Origin: Octopus vulgaris
Lineage: Eukaryota
Direction: 5' to 3'
DNA length: 64,000 bases
NCBI GenBank assembly: GCA_951406725.2
Contig: OX597820.1
Span: 106,268,001 to 106,332,000, forward strand
In this document: in pieces, positions 24,925-38,726 of the stretch
Layout: the number at the start of each line of letters is the position of its first letter
How positions within the stretch are numbered: position 1 is the stretch's first letter
Translations under genes and position numbers: made by a program
The notes under the pieces: generated by a model
The model's input: the letters and a program-made list of their open reading frames with translations, nothing else
What the model was told of the DNA's origin: nothing
Databases searched by the model: none

Positions 24925-25738
24925 TACTCTGCATTTGGCTTTTGTTGACATGAAGAAAGCCTTTAAACAGGATCCCTCAGCTCTCTTATCTGGTGGTCAG
25001 TGCAGAAGCTAGGGATAAATGAGTGGTTAGTGAGAGCTGTACAACTCATGTACAGGGATGCTGCCAGTAAGGTGAAAGTTGGCATCAAGTATGGCAATGA
25101 ATTCAGTATATTGGAGTTCACCAAGTTCAGTTCTCAGCCTCCTCTTGTTTATTTTAATCCTCCATGCTTTAACAGAGGAATTCAAGACTGGCTGCACTTG
25201 GTGAGCTTGGTTTTATAGCTGAAGAAATTTCATGTGTAGAAGCAAGTCCTGGAATCTAAGAGCCTTAGAGTTAATTTATCAAAAACCAAAGTCCTAGTAA
25301 GTAGGAAAACAGACAAATCACAAGTCCCTTCAGGGAGATGGCCCTGCTCGATATATAAGAAGGGTGTTGAAAGAAACTCTATACATTGTACCCAGTGTGA
25401 GCTTTGGGTGCATAAGAGGTGTAACAGTATACAGGAAGGTTAACGGAGAAAACAGTTTTTGTTTGTTGCAAATGTGCAGGTGCAATAAACACTAAGAATG
25501 CACAGACAAAAGGCTTCCTCAAATGCTCGGGGAATCATTAAAAGTAGTCGGTAGTTTCTTTTACCTAGGAGACCAAGTTAGCAGTGGAGGAGAAAGTTCT
25601 AAAAGTGTAGATGCTAGAATAAGAATGGGCTGGGCAAAGTTCAGAGAGCTTCTACCTTTGTTGATAACTGAGGACCTCTCCTTCAGAGGGAAAGGTAAGT
25701 TAAATAATGCCTGTCTACATACAGCTATGTTATGTGGT
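24925..25738 (+). mobile_element. Decayed RTE LINE RT fragment
   Basis: Fragments LGINEWLVRAVQLMY and FFYLGDQVSSGG..ARIRMGWAKFRELLP match the 46-48 kb ORF. Confidence 0.85.
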
Positions 25739-26121
25739 CGAACTCTAAACCGCCATGGTTTTAAAAATTGAACTTTAGACGTACTTTGTATGAGGGGAGT
25801 AGAAAAACTTTTTAAATATTTTAATCGTTTGATAAAACATTTTTAGTCGTTCAATATTTTATTTTATCTTAGTTTATTAGATTTTTTGGTAGTATGGCAC
25901 ACTTTAGGATTTTATGAAATTTTAGTAATATATATTTGCTTTTTGATAGGCCATTCTATTTGTATTTTATTCGTATATATATATTTTTACCTTCTGTATA
26001 TGAATATTTTTCTTATATATTTAAAAACCATGGTGATATTTATATATGATTAAATGTTTGAGGTATAGTGTTATATATAGTCATTGACTCAAATTTGATG
26101 TTTGTTCTATAACTAATATTT

Positions 26122-26152
<31 letters not shown>

Positions 26153-26358
26153 CCAAGTAAGTTAGAGGTTGTAGATCCAAGCCTCTAAGGGATAATACTT
26201 ATTCAATATACTGTTGGTATACTACTTTTTTCTGACCCTAGTATTTATTCTCTTGGTCTCTTTTTGATAAATTGCTAAGTCATGGGAATATAAATACACT
26301 AACACCAGTTGTCAAGCAGTGGTGGGGGACAAACACATGTGTGTGTGTTATGTGTGTG

Positions 26359-26508
<150 letters not shown>

Positions 26509-26527
26509 AAACTGACTTATTGGAAGT

Positions 26528-26570
26528 CCACCTGAAGATTGTCGATCAAGACAAGAAACAATTGTAGTGG
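26528..26570 (+). ncRNA. Intact minimal type I hammerhead ribozyme in a ~155-bp insert (26506-26662) between (TA)n tracts
   Basis: ccac-CTGAAGA-ttgtc gatcaa gacaa-GAA-acaattgt-a-gtgg; all stems perfect, palindromic stem III, GUA triplet, predicted cleavage after 26566. Confidence 0.85.
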
Positions 26571-26898
26571 CGGTTTTTTTGACTATTTATTAAAATTTTA
26601 TGTATTGATTAAGTCTTTCCTTGTTTGTTTTGCAAAATAGTGGTTTTGTCTCTAATAATATTTTATATATATATATATATATATATTTATTGAAATGGAT
26701 AAATGAATTATCTTGTTACGGATTATTCAAAATTTAACCGATACCTAGGTAGCAAAAATCACAACAGAAAAAACACGGTTGAGGTTATGACCATGGGGTG
26801 TCGCAACCGTGCCTTAGCGCGGATAATTGAAGTTTTATATATTTAGTGAAGGGAAGAAATGGAGCTGAACGAAGATTCTACAAAATTCCTTTTTATTA

Positions 26899-26982
26899 TT
26901 TTCTACACATGTTTCAAAGGCTGCAAATTTCCAAATTCGGATTGAATAAGGAGACCATTTTGCAGCTTTCTCTTCAGGAAAA
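26899..26982 (-). ncRNA. Type I hammerhead motif (left arm of palindrome)
   Basis: Reverse complement of 27151-27234. Confidence 0.75.
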
Positions 26983-27150
26983 ACCAGGAATTTAAATCTC
27001 CAAACAAATGCGCAGCAAGCTATTCGAACAAAACGCTCCCTAGGAGCCCATGGTAAGGCTCAAAGAGTTTTGTGCCTTACCATGGGCTCCTAGGGAGCGT
27101 TTTGTTCGAATAGCTTGCTGCGCATTTGTTTGGAGATTTAAATTCCTGGT

Positions 27151-27234
27151 TTTTCCTGAAGAGAAAGCTGCAAAATGGTCTCCTTATTCAATCCGAATTT
27201 GGAAATTTGCAGCCTTTGAAACATGTGTAGAAAA
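27151..27234 (+). ncRNA. Type I hammerhead motif (right arm of palindrome)
   Basis: ttttc-CTGAAGA-gaaagctgcaaa...tttgcagccttt-GAA-acatgtgt-a-gaaaa; GUA triplet, predicted cleavage after 27229. Confidence 0.78.
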
Positions 27235-27865
27235 TAATAAAAAGGAATTTTGTAGAATCTTCGTTCAGCTCCATTTCTTCCCTTCACTAAATATATATAT
27301 ATATATACATACAATGGGCTTCTTTAAGTTTCCATCTACTGACTCCATTCACAAGGGCCAGCCTAAGGTTACAGTAGAAGTCACTTGCTGAAGCTGGGGT
27401 GAACCTGAAACCATGTGGTTAGGAAGCAAACTTCTTACCACACAGCCATTCCTGTACCTATGATCAAAATATATGTAAGAAAATGCATAAACACAACCTC
27501 AGGAATTATAAATGTACATAATATACAGAAAAAAATAGAAACACTAGGGGCTGTATACAGTTAACCATGTAGTGGTGTTAAACCAAGTAGGGATCTTAGT
27601 TTTGTAAACTGCGTGACAACCTTGCAAGAGTTGATAGCAATGAAGAATGCACCCAGTGCACTCTGTAAAGCAGTTAGAGTTAGGAAGAGCATTCAACTGT
27701 AGTAACCATACAAAAGCAGACATTGCAGTATGAGGCTGTCCTAAACCACATTGGATCCTGTCAAATCACGCCAAGCCATGCCAGTATAGAATAAGGGGAA
27801 CTAAAAGTTGATGATATACATATATATATGTGTGTGTGTGTGTGTGTGTATATATATACACACAC

Positions 27866-27908
<43 letters not shown>

Positions 27909-27961
27909 CACATACACACATATATATATATACATAAATATATATATAAACACACATATAT

Positions 27962-30527
27962 ATCATCATCATCATCGTTGTCGCAGGCGTTTAATGTCCG
28001 CTTTCCATGCTGGCATGGGTTGGACAGTTTGACTGAGGGCTGGCGAGCCAAAGGGCTGCACCAGGTTCCAGTCTGATCTGGCAAAGTTTCTACAGCTGGA
28101 TGCCCTTCCTAACGCCAACCACTCTGAGAGTGTAGTGGGTGCTTTTACATGCTGCTAGCATGAGGGCCAGTCAGGTGGTACTGGCATCGCCCATGCTCAA
28201 GTGGTGCTTTTTTCATGCCACCTGAACAGGAGCCAGTCTGGTGGCACAGGCAACGACCATGCTTGAATGGTGTTTTTTTATGTGCAACCGGCACAGGAGC
28301 CAGTCAGGTGACACTGGCAATGATCACATTCGGATGGTGCTTTTTACATGCCACAAGCACAGAAGCCAGTCAACAACCCTGGCAGTGATCATGCTCGAAT
28401 GGTGCATTTAATGTTCCATTGGTAGTGGTGCCAATCAGGCAGTACTGTCATCAGCCATGACAATGACTTCACTTGCCTCAACAGGTCTTCAGAAGTGTAG
28501 TTTATTGTCCAATGATTGAAGGGTACTTTTAAATGGGCTAGTTATACAGCACTGGCATAGGCCACAGTTATGGTCTCATTTTGCTTGCCAAGTCCTCTCA
28601 AGCACAGCGCAGTGTTCTCTCTCGCACATCACATCTGATGCTTCTTAAGTCCAACTTTTCTCTCAGGATGCTTACACGCTTTTGTGTATGCACACTGACA
28701 TTACACATCCAGTGGAGCATACTAGCTTCATTCCTTGTGAGCTTATGTATGTCCTCAGCAGTCACAGCCCATGTTTCACTGCCATGTAGCATGGCTGTTC
28801 GTACACATGCGTCATACAATCTACCTTTTACTCTGAGCAAGAGGCCTTTTGTCACCAGTAGAGATAAGAGCTCTCTGAACTTTGCCCAAGCTATTCTTAT
28901 TCTAGCAGTTACACTTTCAGAGCATCCTCCCCTGCTACTGACTTGGTCAACTAGGTAACGGAAGATATCAACTACTTCTAGTTTTTCTCCCTGGAATGTG
29001 ATGGAAGCTGTTCTCTACACATTTTCAGTGTTTATTGCTCCTGAGCATTTGCCACACACAAAAACTATCTTCCCAGTTAGCCTTCCTTTGATATTGCTGC
29101 ACCTCTTATTTGTCCTTAGCTTACACTGAGTACATCTTATGGACTTTCTACCTACGCCATTTCTACAGATTGAGCAGGGACATCTACCTGAAGGGATTTG
29201 TGATTTGTTTGCCTTCCTACTTAGTAAGACTTTTGTCTTTGCAAGGTTGACTCTAAGACCCTTCAATTCTAATCCTTGCTTCCACACCTGAAACTTCTCC
29301 TCCAGTTCTGATAGTGACTCAGCAATTAGAGCAAGGTCATCAGCATTGAGGAGCTCCCAGGGGAAGCCTGTCGTGAATTCCTCTGTTATTGCCTGGAGGA
29401 CTATGATGAATAAGATGAGGCTGAGGACTGATCCTTGGTGGACCCTTACCCCTACCCAGAATTGCACTCATTGCCAACCCTCACCTTACTGATAGTTTCC
29501 TTGTACATGGCTTGTACAGCTCTCTCTAACCATTCATCTCTGTTCCTAGTTTCCTCATTGACCATCAGATAAGGGATCAGGGGACCCTGTCAAAGGCTTT
29601 CTCCATGTCAACGAAAGTCAGGTTCAGAGGTTTATCTTTGGCTAGGTATTTCTCCTGCAACTGTCTTACCAAAAATATAGCATCAGTGGTGCTTTTCCCT
29701 GGCGCAAACCCAAACTGCATCTCATCCAGACTGACTCTCTCCCTAATTAGTTGGGCTATGACCCTCTCTGTGATTTTCATTACCTGATCCAACAACTTGA
29801 TACCTCTGTAATTATTTGTATCTAAAGCATCGCCTTTACCTTTGTAGCAGTTGACTATGGTACTGCAACACCAGTCATTGGATATAACTCCTTCATGTAT
29901 CACCTTCTTGACTATATAGGTGACTCAACTATAGCCGACACCGCCAGATATTTTAAGCATCTCTGTGGTGATTCCTGATGGGCTGGGGGCTTTCCCTGTT
30001 TTCATACCCTTAATTGCTTTATCTACCAAGGTACAGTCAATTCAGATAGCTGGTCCCTCTGTTGGGTTGACATTTGGCAGACTCTCTTTCTCTCATTCAT
30101 TCTCTTCATTTAGCAAACTTTCATACTGGTGCCTCCAGGTCTCTTTCCTTGCAGCCTCATTAGATGCAAGTGAGCCGTCATACATGCAGACACATTTCAC
30201 TCCTATGACATCATGATTCTCTGTCACACACTGTCTTGCAACACAAAACACCTCAAGTCTTTGGTCCTCACAACACAGAACATAAGCAAATTTTTTCAAA
30301 TCTGTGTCCCCTCTGGCTAAATAAACCTGCCTCCTAGCTTCCCTTCTGGCAGTTTGATACAATTCCCTGCTACCACCATTCTTCCAATCCTTCCATGCCT
30401 GTTTCTTTTCCCTAATGGCCCTGTCAACTACATTGTTCCACCACCACATTACCATGTGTTGAGAGGGGACTTTGCACCATCCACAGATCTGGTCAGTGGC
30501 CCTCAATAGGTTGTCCCATAGAAACCT
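27962..30527 (-). mobile_element. RTE/BovB-like LINE, 5'-truncated and frameshifted
   Basis: RT fragments (NYRGIKLL, QFGFAPGKSTTDAIF, FVDMEKAFDRVP, GVHQGSVLS-like, NADDLALIA), 3' UTR, (atg)n tail. Confidence 0.93.
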
Positions 30528-30579
30528 AGATACTTATGTGTGCGTGTGTGAGGTTGTGTGTGTGTGTGCGTGTGTGAGG

Positions 30580-30650
<71 letters not shown>

Positions 30651-30781
30651 TAAAAAGGTTGAATTAGATTTGTCCTTTAATTTGGAGTTTTCCAAACAAA
30701 AATATTTCTAATATAGATTCTTCATATTTTGCTGGTAGCTTATTCGCATAAAATTACAAATACGAAAGTAATACTTGCATA

Positions 30782-30942
30782 TGGGGTGTTTATGGAAAGA
30801 AATCCCATAAAACTCAACAATTTTGATAAAATTGTTATATTTTAAAAAATACTCTTATATTTTTTAACATCGTCTTTTCTCCATTTTTATCAAAATTATT
30901 GAGTTTTCATGGGATTTCTTTCCATAAATCCACAACACACCT
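30782..30942. mobile_element. Small palindromic MITE
   Basis: tttatggaaagaaatcccat...aattttgataaaa (30789-30831) is inverted at 30885-30928. Confidence 0.6.
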
Positions 30943-31392
30943 CACATATATACATACACACACACACACATTGAAATTGCATTTGGTTTGCAAGATTCTT
31001 TATGTGAATTCATGTGTTGAAACAAATTTAGTTGTATCTATGGAGAGTCATTACACCAGTAATAACACATGCACCAGTTCAATACAACTCCTTTATCATC
31101 AGTTAATTAGTTAAACATTTATCCAACCAATCAATCATTTTTTTTGTTTTGGTCGTCAAAGAGATAGTCACTGAAAAGGCTATGCTTGGTGACAAAACAA
31201 CTTTGACGAACATAAAAAGAAAATGATTGCCTGTTTAACCAGCAAGTTAAACAAATGATTGATTAGTTAGTGGGATAGGGGGTTAACCAATTTACTAATA
31301 ATAAAGGAGAGGAAGTGAACAGGTGCATGTGTTATTAATATTGGCAAAATGACTCTCCCTAGACACAAAATATACATACACACATTCATACA

Positions 31393-31426
<34 letters not shown>

Positions 31427-31429
31427 CAT

Positions 31430-31483
<54 letters not shown>

Positions 31484-31543
31484 TGATATATAATACTGTA
31501 CACTTCGATTTATATATACATATATATATACATATATATATAC

Positions 31544-31607
<64 letters not shown>

Positions 31608-32460
31608 GTTTCTAATTATTATATTATAAAATCAAAAAACAACACAGTACCTATGACTCTTGGAAATGTTTTAGTCCATCTTTCAACAAAGCCATTATAT
31701 TCTGCCTCAGTCATATGATACCATTTTGTTGCAGGGTGATGCACTGAAAAAAAATTATCAAAGCAAGGTAGTGATTTGAATTCAGCATTATCATCATCAT
31801 AACCACAACCATCAACATTACTATTTTAAAGTTCATTTCTCCATGCTTGTATTGGTCAGATGAAATTTGTTCAGGCAGATTTTCTATGGTGGAATGCCTT
31901 TCCTGTTACCAAACCTCACTTCTTTCCAAGCATGGTCATATTTCTCTTTGACCTGACATATTTTCCACAGAAGACTGGAAACAAGCAACACCACTTGTAT
32001 GATGGTGAGGCTTGTTTACAACATCATATAATGTCAAGATGAGGAGATACAAACAAACCCACACCTACCCTTCCACATACAAGCATAAATATGAATGTGT
32101 GTGTGTGTGTCATTGAAAATAGATTTGGTAGTCACCATCTACTAAATCCCATTCATGAGGCTTAGCACAGAACTATAGTGGAAGATGCTAGGCTGTAGGA
32201 TTGAACCTGAAAGCAATGTGGTTGGAAAGCAAACTTTTAAATCATATGGTCATATCGACACCTACCTGTTGCTTGAAAATGAAACTTAGTTTATCGTAAC
32301 CTGTTGCTAACTGGCAGACAGTTGTCAGATTACATAAACAAATGTAAGGAGGCTGCTGTAACATTTTACATATTTTTGTGATTCATTGAATTGGTGTCTA
32401 ACTATAGTACTGGTGGATAAGAGGTTGGGAAATTGAGACGATGAATAAGTTAAAATTCCT

Positions 32461-32492
<32 letters not shown>

Positions 32493-32498
32493 CATCAT

Positions 32499-32532
<34 letters not shown>

Positions 32533-34657
32533 AGCAGCATCTTTTTAACATATGATTCTCCTTGCTTGCATGGGACAGATGGAGTTTATTGAGGCAGATT
32601 TTAAATAGCTGGATGCCCTTCTTCTGACCAATCCTCACCTGTTTCCAAACAACATAATATTTCCTCATGGCTAGACATGTTTTTGCAAAATATTGGAAAT
32701 AAAAGACGCTATTTGTATGACAGTAACACTCCTTTACAATGATCAAGTGATATCCAAGACAAGTACGCTAATACACACATATATACTCAACAGGTTTCTT
32801 TCAGGATAATGTTCAATAAGGCAGAACCAGTTGAAGTAAAGAAAAATTTGTGTACTAATGTTATTATGTGATCATCATTATCATCAACATCATTTAACAT
32901 CCATTTTCCATGCTGGCATGGGTTGGACGGTTTCACAGAAGGGCTGTTCAGGTTCCATGTCTGTTTTGGCATGGTTTCTACTGGTGGATGCCCTTCCTAA
33001 TGCCAACCACTTTACAGAGTGCTTTTATGCAGCACTGGTGTGGGAGCTTTTTTATGTGGCACCAGAACTTATGAGCCTGCAAGATTAGGGATGCTCAGCT
33101 GGAGGGAGTTGCAAGGGATGAGCTGTGCTTTTACTGTGAACTCGATATTTTAGACAGCAGTATGACATGGAATGAGGGAAGAGAAGGGGTGACAAGCCTT
33201 GGGTGACATTTGAATAAGATAAATTGGACAATATGGATGAAATATTCACCACATTGCATAAATAATGTACTTTCATGGTGGAACTGGAGAGGATGTAGTT
33301 TGCACTTTTTGCAACAAACCCAGTAGTCAAAGCCTATCATGAGACAAGTCACCCATTTTGTGCTACCAGTTATCCTTCTCCTTGGAACCACTTCCCTTGA
33401 TGTCCATCAAGCATTCTCAACATCATCTCTCAATACTTTATTTTCTACAGTTTACCCCTTTCCTCTGAACACCCTCTCATATAATTGATATCACCTAACT
33501 TTGTCATTCACTGTAACCACCCCTACCTACTTCTGACTCCAATCTCTGGCACCGTACATCCTTCTCTCTCCCCTTCATTTCACATCATGTCCCTATTTCT
33601 TATCTTTACACAGTATTATTATTCTATTATTCTATTGCTCCACTTCCCCCTCTTTATGTACTGCCCTCCGTCACATACTCCTCCCTAACCTACTCCTATT
33701 TCCTTCACTCACACAACCCAACATAAATTCACCATTGGCTCTACTCCAGCCCTGTTCACCATTTATCATGTTCACCTCTATCCTCATCCCTAAGTACCTG
33801 ACACTCACTTTCACACTGTCACAAACCTGCTCACCAGCCATCCTTGATTCTGTGTTCTTATTCTCACTTTATCCTTCTTCTTATACTTTGAGGGTACACC
33901 CTGACATCTCATCCCCACCATCTTTTCTCTCTTTCCAGCAAGGAGAGCAATGTATCTTCTCTACAGCAAGACACCAGCTCTTGTCTCTCTATCATACTTT
34001 AGCTTCTCAACATCTGGCATAAAGTCACCTCCTTTTCCATTATCCTCCTAAGCAGACAAACGGCCTTGTCTTGCAAGTTACTCAATGACATCAGTAGATC
34101 CATTATTATAAAAAAAACAAAACAGTACACTCTATAAAGTAGTTGGTGTTAGGAAGACTAACCAGTTGTAGAAACCACGCTAAAGTAGACACTGGAGCTC
34201 AATGCAGTGCTCTGGCTCAATGATTTCTGTCAAACTGTCTAACCCATGCCAACATGGAAGTCAGATATTAAATGATGATGTTGATAATGACAATGATCTG
34301 CATACAGTCATCAAGAAATATTAACAAGAAGGATAAATGAGAGCATTATTTAATATAGATTTAACCTGAATAACTTAAAATGTCATTATTCTGAGTGCCT
34401 TGTTGCCATTCATTCAGCTGTCAACTCAAGTGAACTGTTTATTAAACATCAGTTTCTCCTACATTTATACAAGAACATTTTTATGGGAGTGAACTACACA
34501 AAAATGTTTCAGATCTAACATTTTAAGCATCAGTTGAATGTTGTTTCAAAAGTAAATCACGTACACACATGCATTTGTGTGTGCATGTATAAATATATTT
34601 TAGATATGTATATGCAACTATGTTTCTGCATGTGTATGCAAGCATGTGTGTGGGTAC

Positions 34658-34691
<34 letters not shown>

Positions 34692-34724
34692 ATATATGCA
34701 TGTATGTATATACATATAAATATA

Positions 34725-35002
34725 TTGGTAAAAATGGTAAGGTAACAAAAGAAAGAAAGAGATCTCAATATTATGTAAATAAAGGAAATTTATCTGTAAA
34801 ATAATATGAGACAATTATTCGGTAGCCAAGATAAAACGCTGAGTTTCGGATGCCGAGGTAGAAATCCACAACACCATCGCTTCGGTTATCTTTCAGATGG
34901 CCAGATAACGGAAGAGATGGTGTTGTGGATTTCCACTTCGGCATCCGAAACTCAGAGTTTTATCTTGGCTATTGAATAATTGTCACATATTATTTTACAG
35001 AT
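34725..35002. mobile_element. Fold-back element of the same family as 9190-9965, non-coding, two degenerate HHRs
   Basis: Arms 34793-34890 and 34904-35002; shared left flank (aacaaaagaa, gacaattattc); plus-strand HHR 34900-34969 gccagataa-CGGAAGA-...-cGAA-actcagagt-t-ttatcttggc. Confidence 0.75.
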
Positions 35003-35229
35003 ACATATAAATATATATATGTATATTCAAAGGGCAAGACCACTAGGTAGTTGGCCGTATGCTGGTTTTAAATTGATATTAATTAAATTAATATTAAATT
35101 TATCTCCCTCATTATTTAAATATAAATATATATATATATACACACATATACATACACATATACATACACATATATATATATATAGATATATATACACATA
35201 TATATACATATACATATACATACATATAG

Positions 35230-35292
<63 letters not shown>

Positions 35293-35374
35293 CATATTTA
35301 TATACATACATATATATATACACACACATATATATATATGCATACATATGCATACATACATACATATATATACA

Positions 35375-36256
35375 CAGGGTGCGATGAGTAAATTGTCGCC
35401 ATATTATAGTTTTAAATTTGTGCATAACATTGTTTTTGATTTTGTTAACTACACAGTATAGTAGGGTCAGTTGGACACTGTCTGTGAGAAAAACAGCACT
35501 ATGATGCAATTTACTCTGCCAGAAATTTAGAAATGACATGCTGTACTACTTGGTATTCATGTCGGAAGCTGAAATATGAATATTTCAGAGTATTTGGACG
35601 TCAATCTGAGAACAGTGCAATCTGAGGACATGTACTGAGAGTGATGAAAATCAAACATTCAGTCAACATTATGGTGTTTGGAGTGATTACTAGTGATGGT
35701 GACGTTATCCCTCCATACATATTCCCACACAGCCTCAGACTCAACATAGAGGCCTACATCAAGAGCCTGGAGGAGGTAGCGCTGCTCTCAGTCAAGAGGG
35801 TGGCTGCTGGAAGACCTTATGTCTGGCAACAGGATTCTACACCACGCAAGCAGGAGAACACAGTCATGGCTGTCAGACAATTTCTGCGACCACATCACCC
35901 TGAACATCTGGCCACCTAACTCCACAGACTGCAACTCCCTTGATCATTATGTATGGGGTGCAGTTGAGTGAGAGACCAACAAAACTCCTTGTAACACCAA
36001 AGACAAACTGAAGGCAAGGACTATGACAGCATTCACCAACTTAAACAACAAGGAGTCTGTCCAGAAGAGTTGCAGCAGAATCTGAAGTCGTCTGGAGGCC
36101 ATGGTTGAAGCCAATGGCGATTTTATTGAATAAATTTACTCTTTAGTATTTCAAGATATTTTCATGTAATTTTAGTAAATATATCTGTTAAAATGAGATG
36201 TCAGTGTTATTTTCATTTTTGCATAATTTAGACGACAGTTTATTCACTGCACCCTG
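35375..36256 (+). mobile_element. maT/DD37D-like mariner transposon, internally deleted
   Basis: TIRs cagggtgcgatgagtaaattgtcg / cgacagtttattcactgcaccctg; IMVFGVITSDG..YVWQQDS, then (other frame) WLSDNF..WPPNSTDCNSLD..VWG; DD37D spacing reconstructed across a frameshift. Confidence 0.8.
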
Positions 36257-36270
36257 TGTCTGTGTGTGTG

Positions 36271-36314
<44 letters not shown>

Positions 36315-36824
36315 TACATATATATATACACACACACATATATACATATACATACATACACACACAGATATACATACATACATACATACACACAAACACA
36401 CACACACATACATCATATATATATATATATATATATATATCTCATCATCATCATCATCATCATCATCGTTTAACGGCCTTTTTCCATGCTAGCATGGGTT
36501 GGACTGTTCGACCGGGGTCTGGGAAGCCAGGAGGCTGCAACAGGCAGTGATCAGGCAGTGTTTCTACAGTTGGATGTCCTTTCTAGCACCAACCACTCCG
36601 TGAGTGTAGTTGGTGTTTTTTATGTGCCACCAGCACAGGTGCCAGGGGAGGCTGGCAACAGCCACGATTGGTTGGTGGTTTTTACGTGCCACAGACACGG
36701 AAGCCAGTCAAGGTGGTGCTGGCATTGGCCACGTACACAAATGCCAGGGCAGGCTGGCAATATCCACGAGAGATGTACTTGCATAGCAAATGACCTAATC
36801 TGAGATCGTGTGCTGGAACGAAAA

Positions 36825-37208
36825 CAATTGCAGCGTAGAAGGTGTTTATAAGCCATTTAAGAAACACACAAAAACTGTTAGATTCACTTCAACATTTAAA
36901 TTTATGGCAACTTCACAACTGTTGGTGCCATGGGAAATGTACCCAATATATTCTGTAAAGTGGTTGGCATTAGGAAGGGCATCCAGCTATAGACGCCATG
37001 CCACAGCAGACATTGGAGTGTGATGTCGTACTTGGACCCAATGTACTCTCACCTACAACATGCAGCACGGAATTTTGTCAGTGAACAGGTTGCGGTTTCA
37101 AAGCGATGAAAATATTTTGACACAAATTAAATTTAAATGTTGAAGTGAATCTAATGGTTTTTGTGTGTTTCTCAAATGGCTTATAAACACCTTCTATGCT
37201 GCAAATGT
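36825..37208. mobile_element. Inverted pair of ~80-bp element ends enclosing an RTE-tail fragment and an HHR-like motif
   Basis: 36825-36903 is the reverse complement of 37129-37208 with few mismatches. Confidence 0.7.
37076..37122 (+). ncRNA. Hammerhead-like motif with swapped G3-C8 core
   Basis: tgtca-GTGAACA-g-gttgc ggtttcaaa gcgat-GAA-aatatt-t-tgaca; perfect 5-bp stem I, palindromic stem III; atypical UUU triplet. Confidence 0.55.
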
Positions 37209-37240
37209 TATATTTATATTTATGTATGTATATATATATA

Positions 37241-38371
37241 TCATCATCATCATCATCGTTTAACGTCTGCTTTCCATGCTAGCATGGGTTGGACGATTTT
37301 GACTGAGGGCTGGCGAACCAGATGGCTGCACCAGGCTCCAGTCTTGATTTGGTAGAGTTTCTACAGCTGGATGCCTTTCCTAATGCCAACAACTCCGAGA
37401 GTGTAGTGGGTGCTTTTTACAGGCCACCGGCATGGGGGCCAGTCAGGCGGTACTAGCAACGACCTTGCTCGAATCCTTTTATACATGCCACAAGCACAGG
37501 TGCCAGAAGGCGACTTTGGTAACGAACATGCTCGAATGTTTACGTGCAACTGGAATGGAAGCCAGTTGGCTGCTCTGGCAACGATCACACTCGGATGGTG
37601 CTCTTGGCACACTACTATCACGGGCACAAGTGCCAGTAAGGCGACGCTGGTAACGATCACACTCGAATGGTGCCCTTTAAGTGCCACTGGCATGGAAGCC
37701 GGTTAGCTGCTCTGTCAATAATCACGCTCGTACGGTGCTCTTTGCACCCTGCTAACATGGACGCCAGTCATCGAATTTGATTTTGCTTTTGATTGATTGA
37801 TTGATTTCACTTGCCTCAACAGGTCTTCGCAAGCAGAGTTTTAGTGTCCAAAGGATGAAAAGGTATGCATAAGCGGGCTGGTTACACCCCTGGCATAGGC
37901 CATGAGATTATGGTTTCATTTGGCTTGCCTGGTCTTCTCACACACGGCATATTTCCAAAGGTCTCGGCCACTAGTCATTGCCTTGGTGAGGCCTAAAGTT
38001 TGATGGTCGTGCTTCACCACTTCATCCCAGGTCTTCCTGGGTCTACCTCTTCCACAGGTTTTCTCAACTGCTAGGGTGTGGCACTTTTTCACACAGCTGT
38101 CCTAGTCCATTCTTGCCACATGACCATACCAGCGCAGTCGTCTCTCTTGCACACCACATCTGATGCTTCTTAGGTCCCACCTTTCTCTCAAGGTACTTAC
38201 ACTCTGTCGAGTATGCACACTGACATTACACATCCATCAGATCATACTGGCTTCATTCCTCGCGAGCTTACGCATATCCTCAGCAGTCACAGCCCATGTT
38301 TCACTGCCATGTAGTATGGCTGTTCGTACACAAGCGTCATACAGTCTACTTTTTACTCTGAGCGAGAGGCC
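37241..38371 (-). mobile_element. RTE LINE, 5'-truncated 3' end
   Basis: Minus strand encodes the ORF2 C-terminus homologous to 46160-46620; repeated 3' UTR; (atg)n tail. Confidence 0.9.
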
Positions 38372-38406
38372 CTTTATATATATATATATCTATATATCTA
38401 TATATA

Positions 38407-38454
<48 letters not shown>

Positions 38455-38674
38455 GTATGTATGTATGTATGTATGTATGTATGTATGTATGTATGTATGT
38501 ATGTATGTATGTATGGGCGTATGGATGGCTGGATAGGTGGACAGATGGATGGATTTAATCCTAATAATCCTAATACATGGTACCTTAGGTAAGTTTTCTA
38601 CTTCAGATCTGAGTTGGCCAAAGCCTTGTTAGTGGATTTGGTGGTCAGAAACTGAAAGAATCTTGTGTGTGTGT

Positions 38675-38726
<52 letters not shown>

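Larger units (their letters stand above)
26836..27297. repeat. Near-perfect ~460-bp palindrome carrying an HHR on each arm
   Basis: 26836-27059 is the reverse complement of 27074-27297; pairing continues into the centre (caaa/tttg, gagt loop); TA-rich at both outer ends. Confidence 0.95.
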
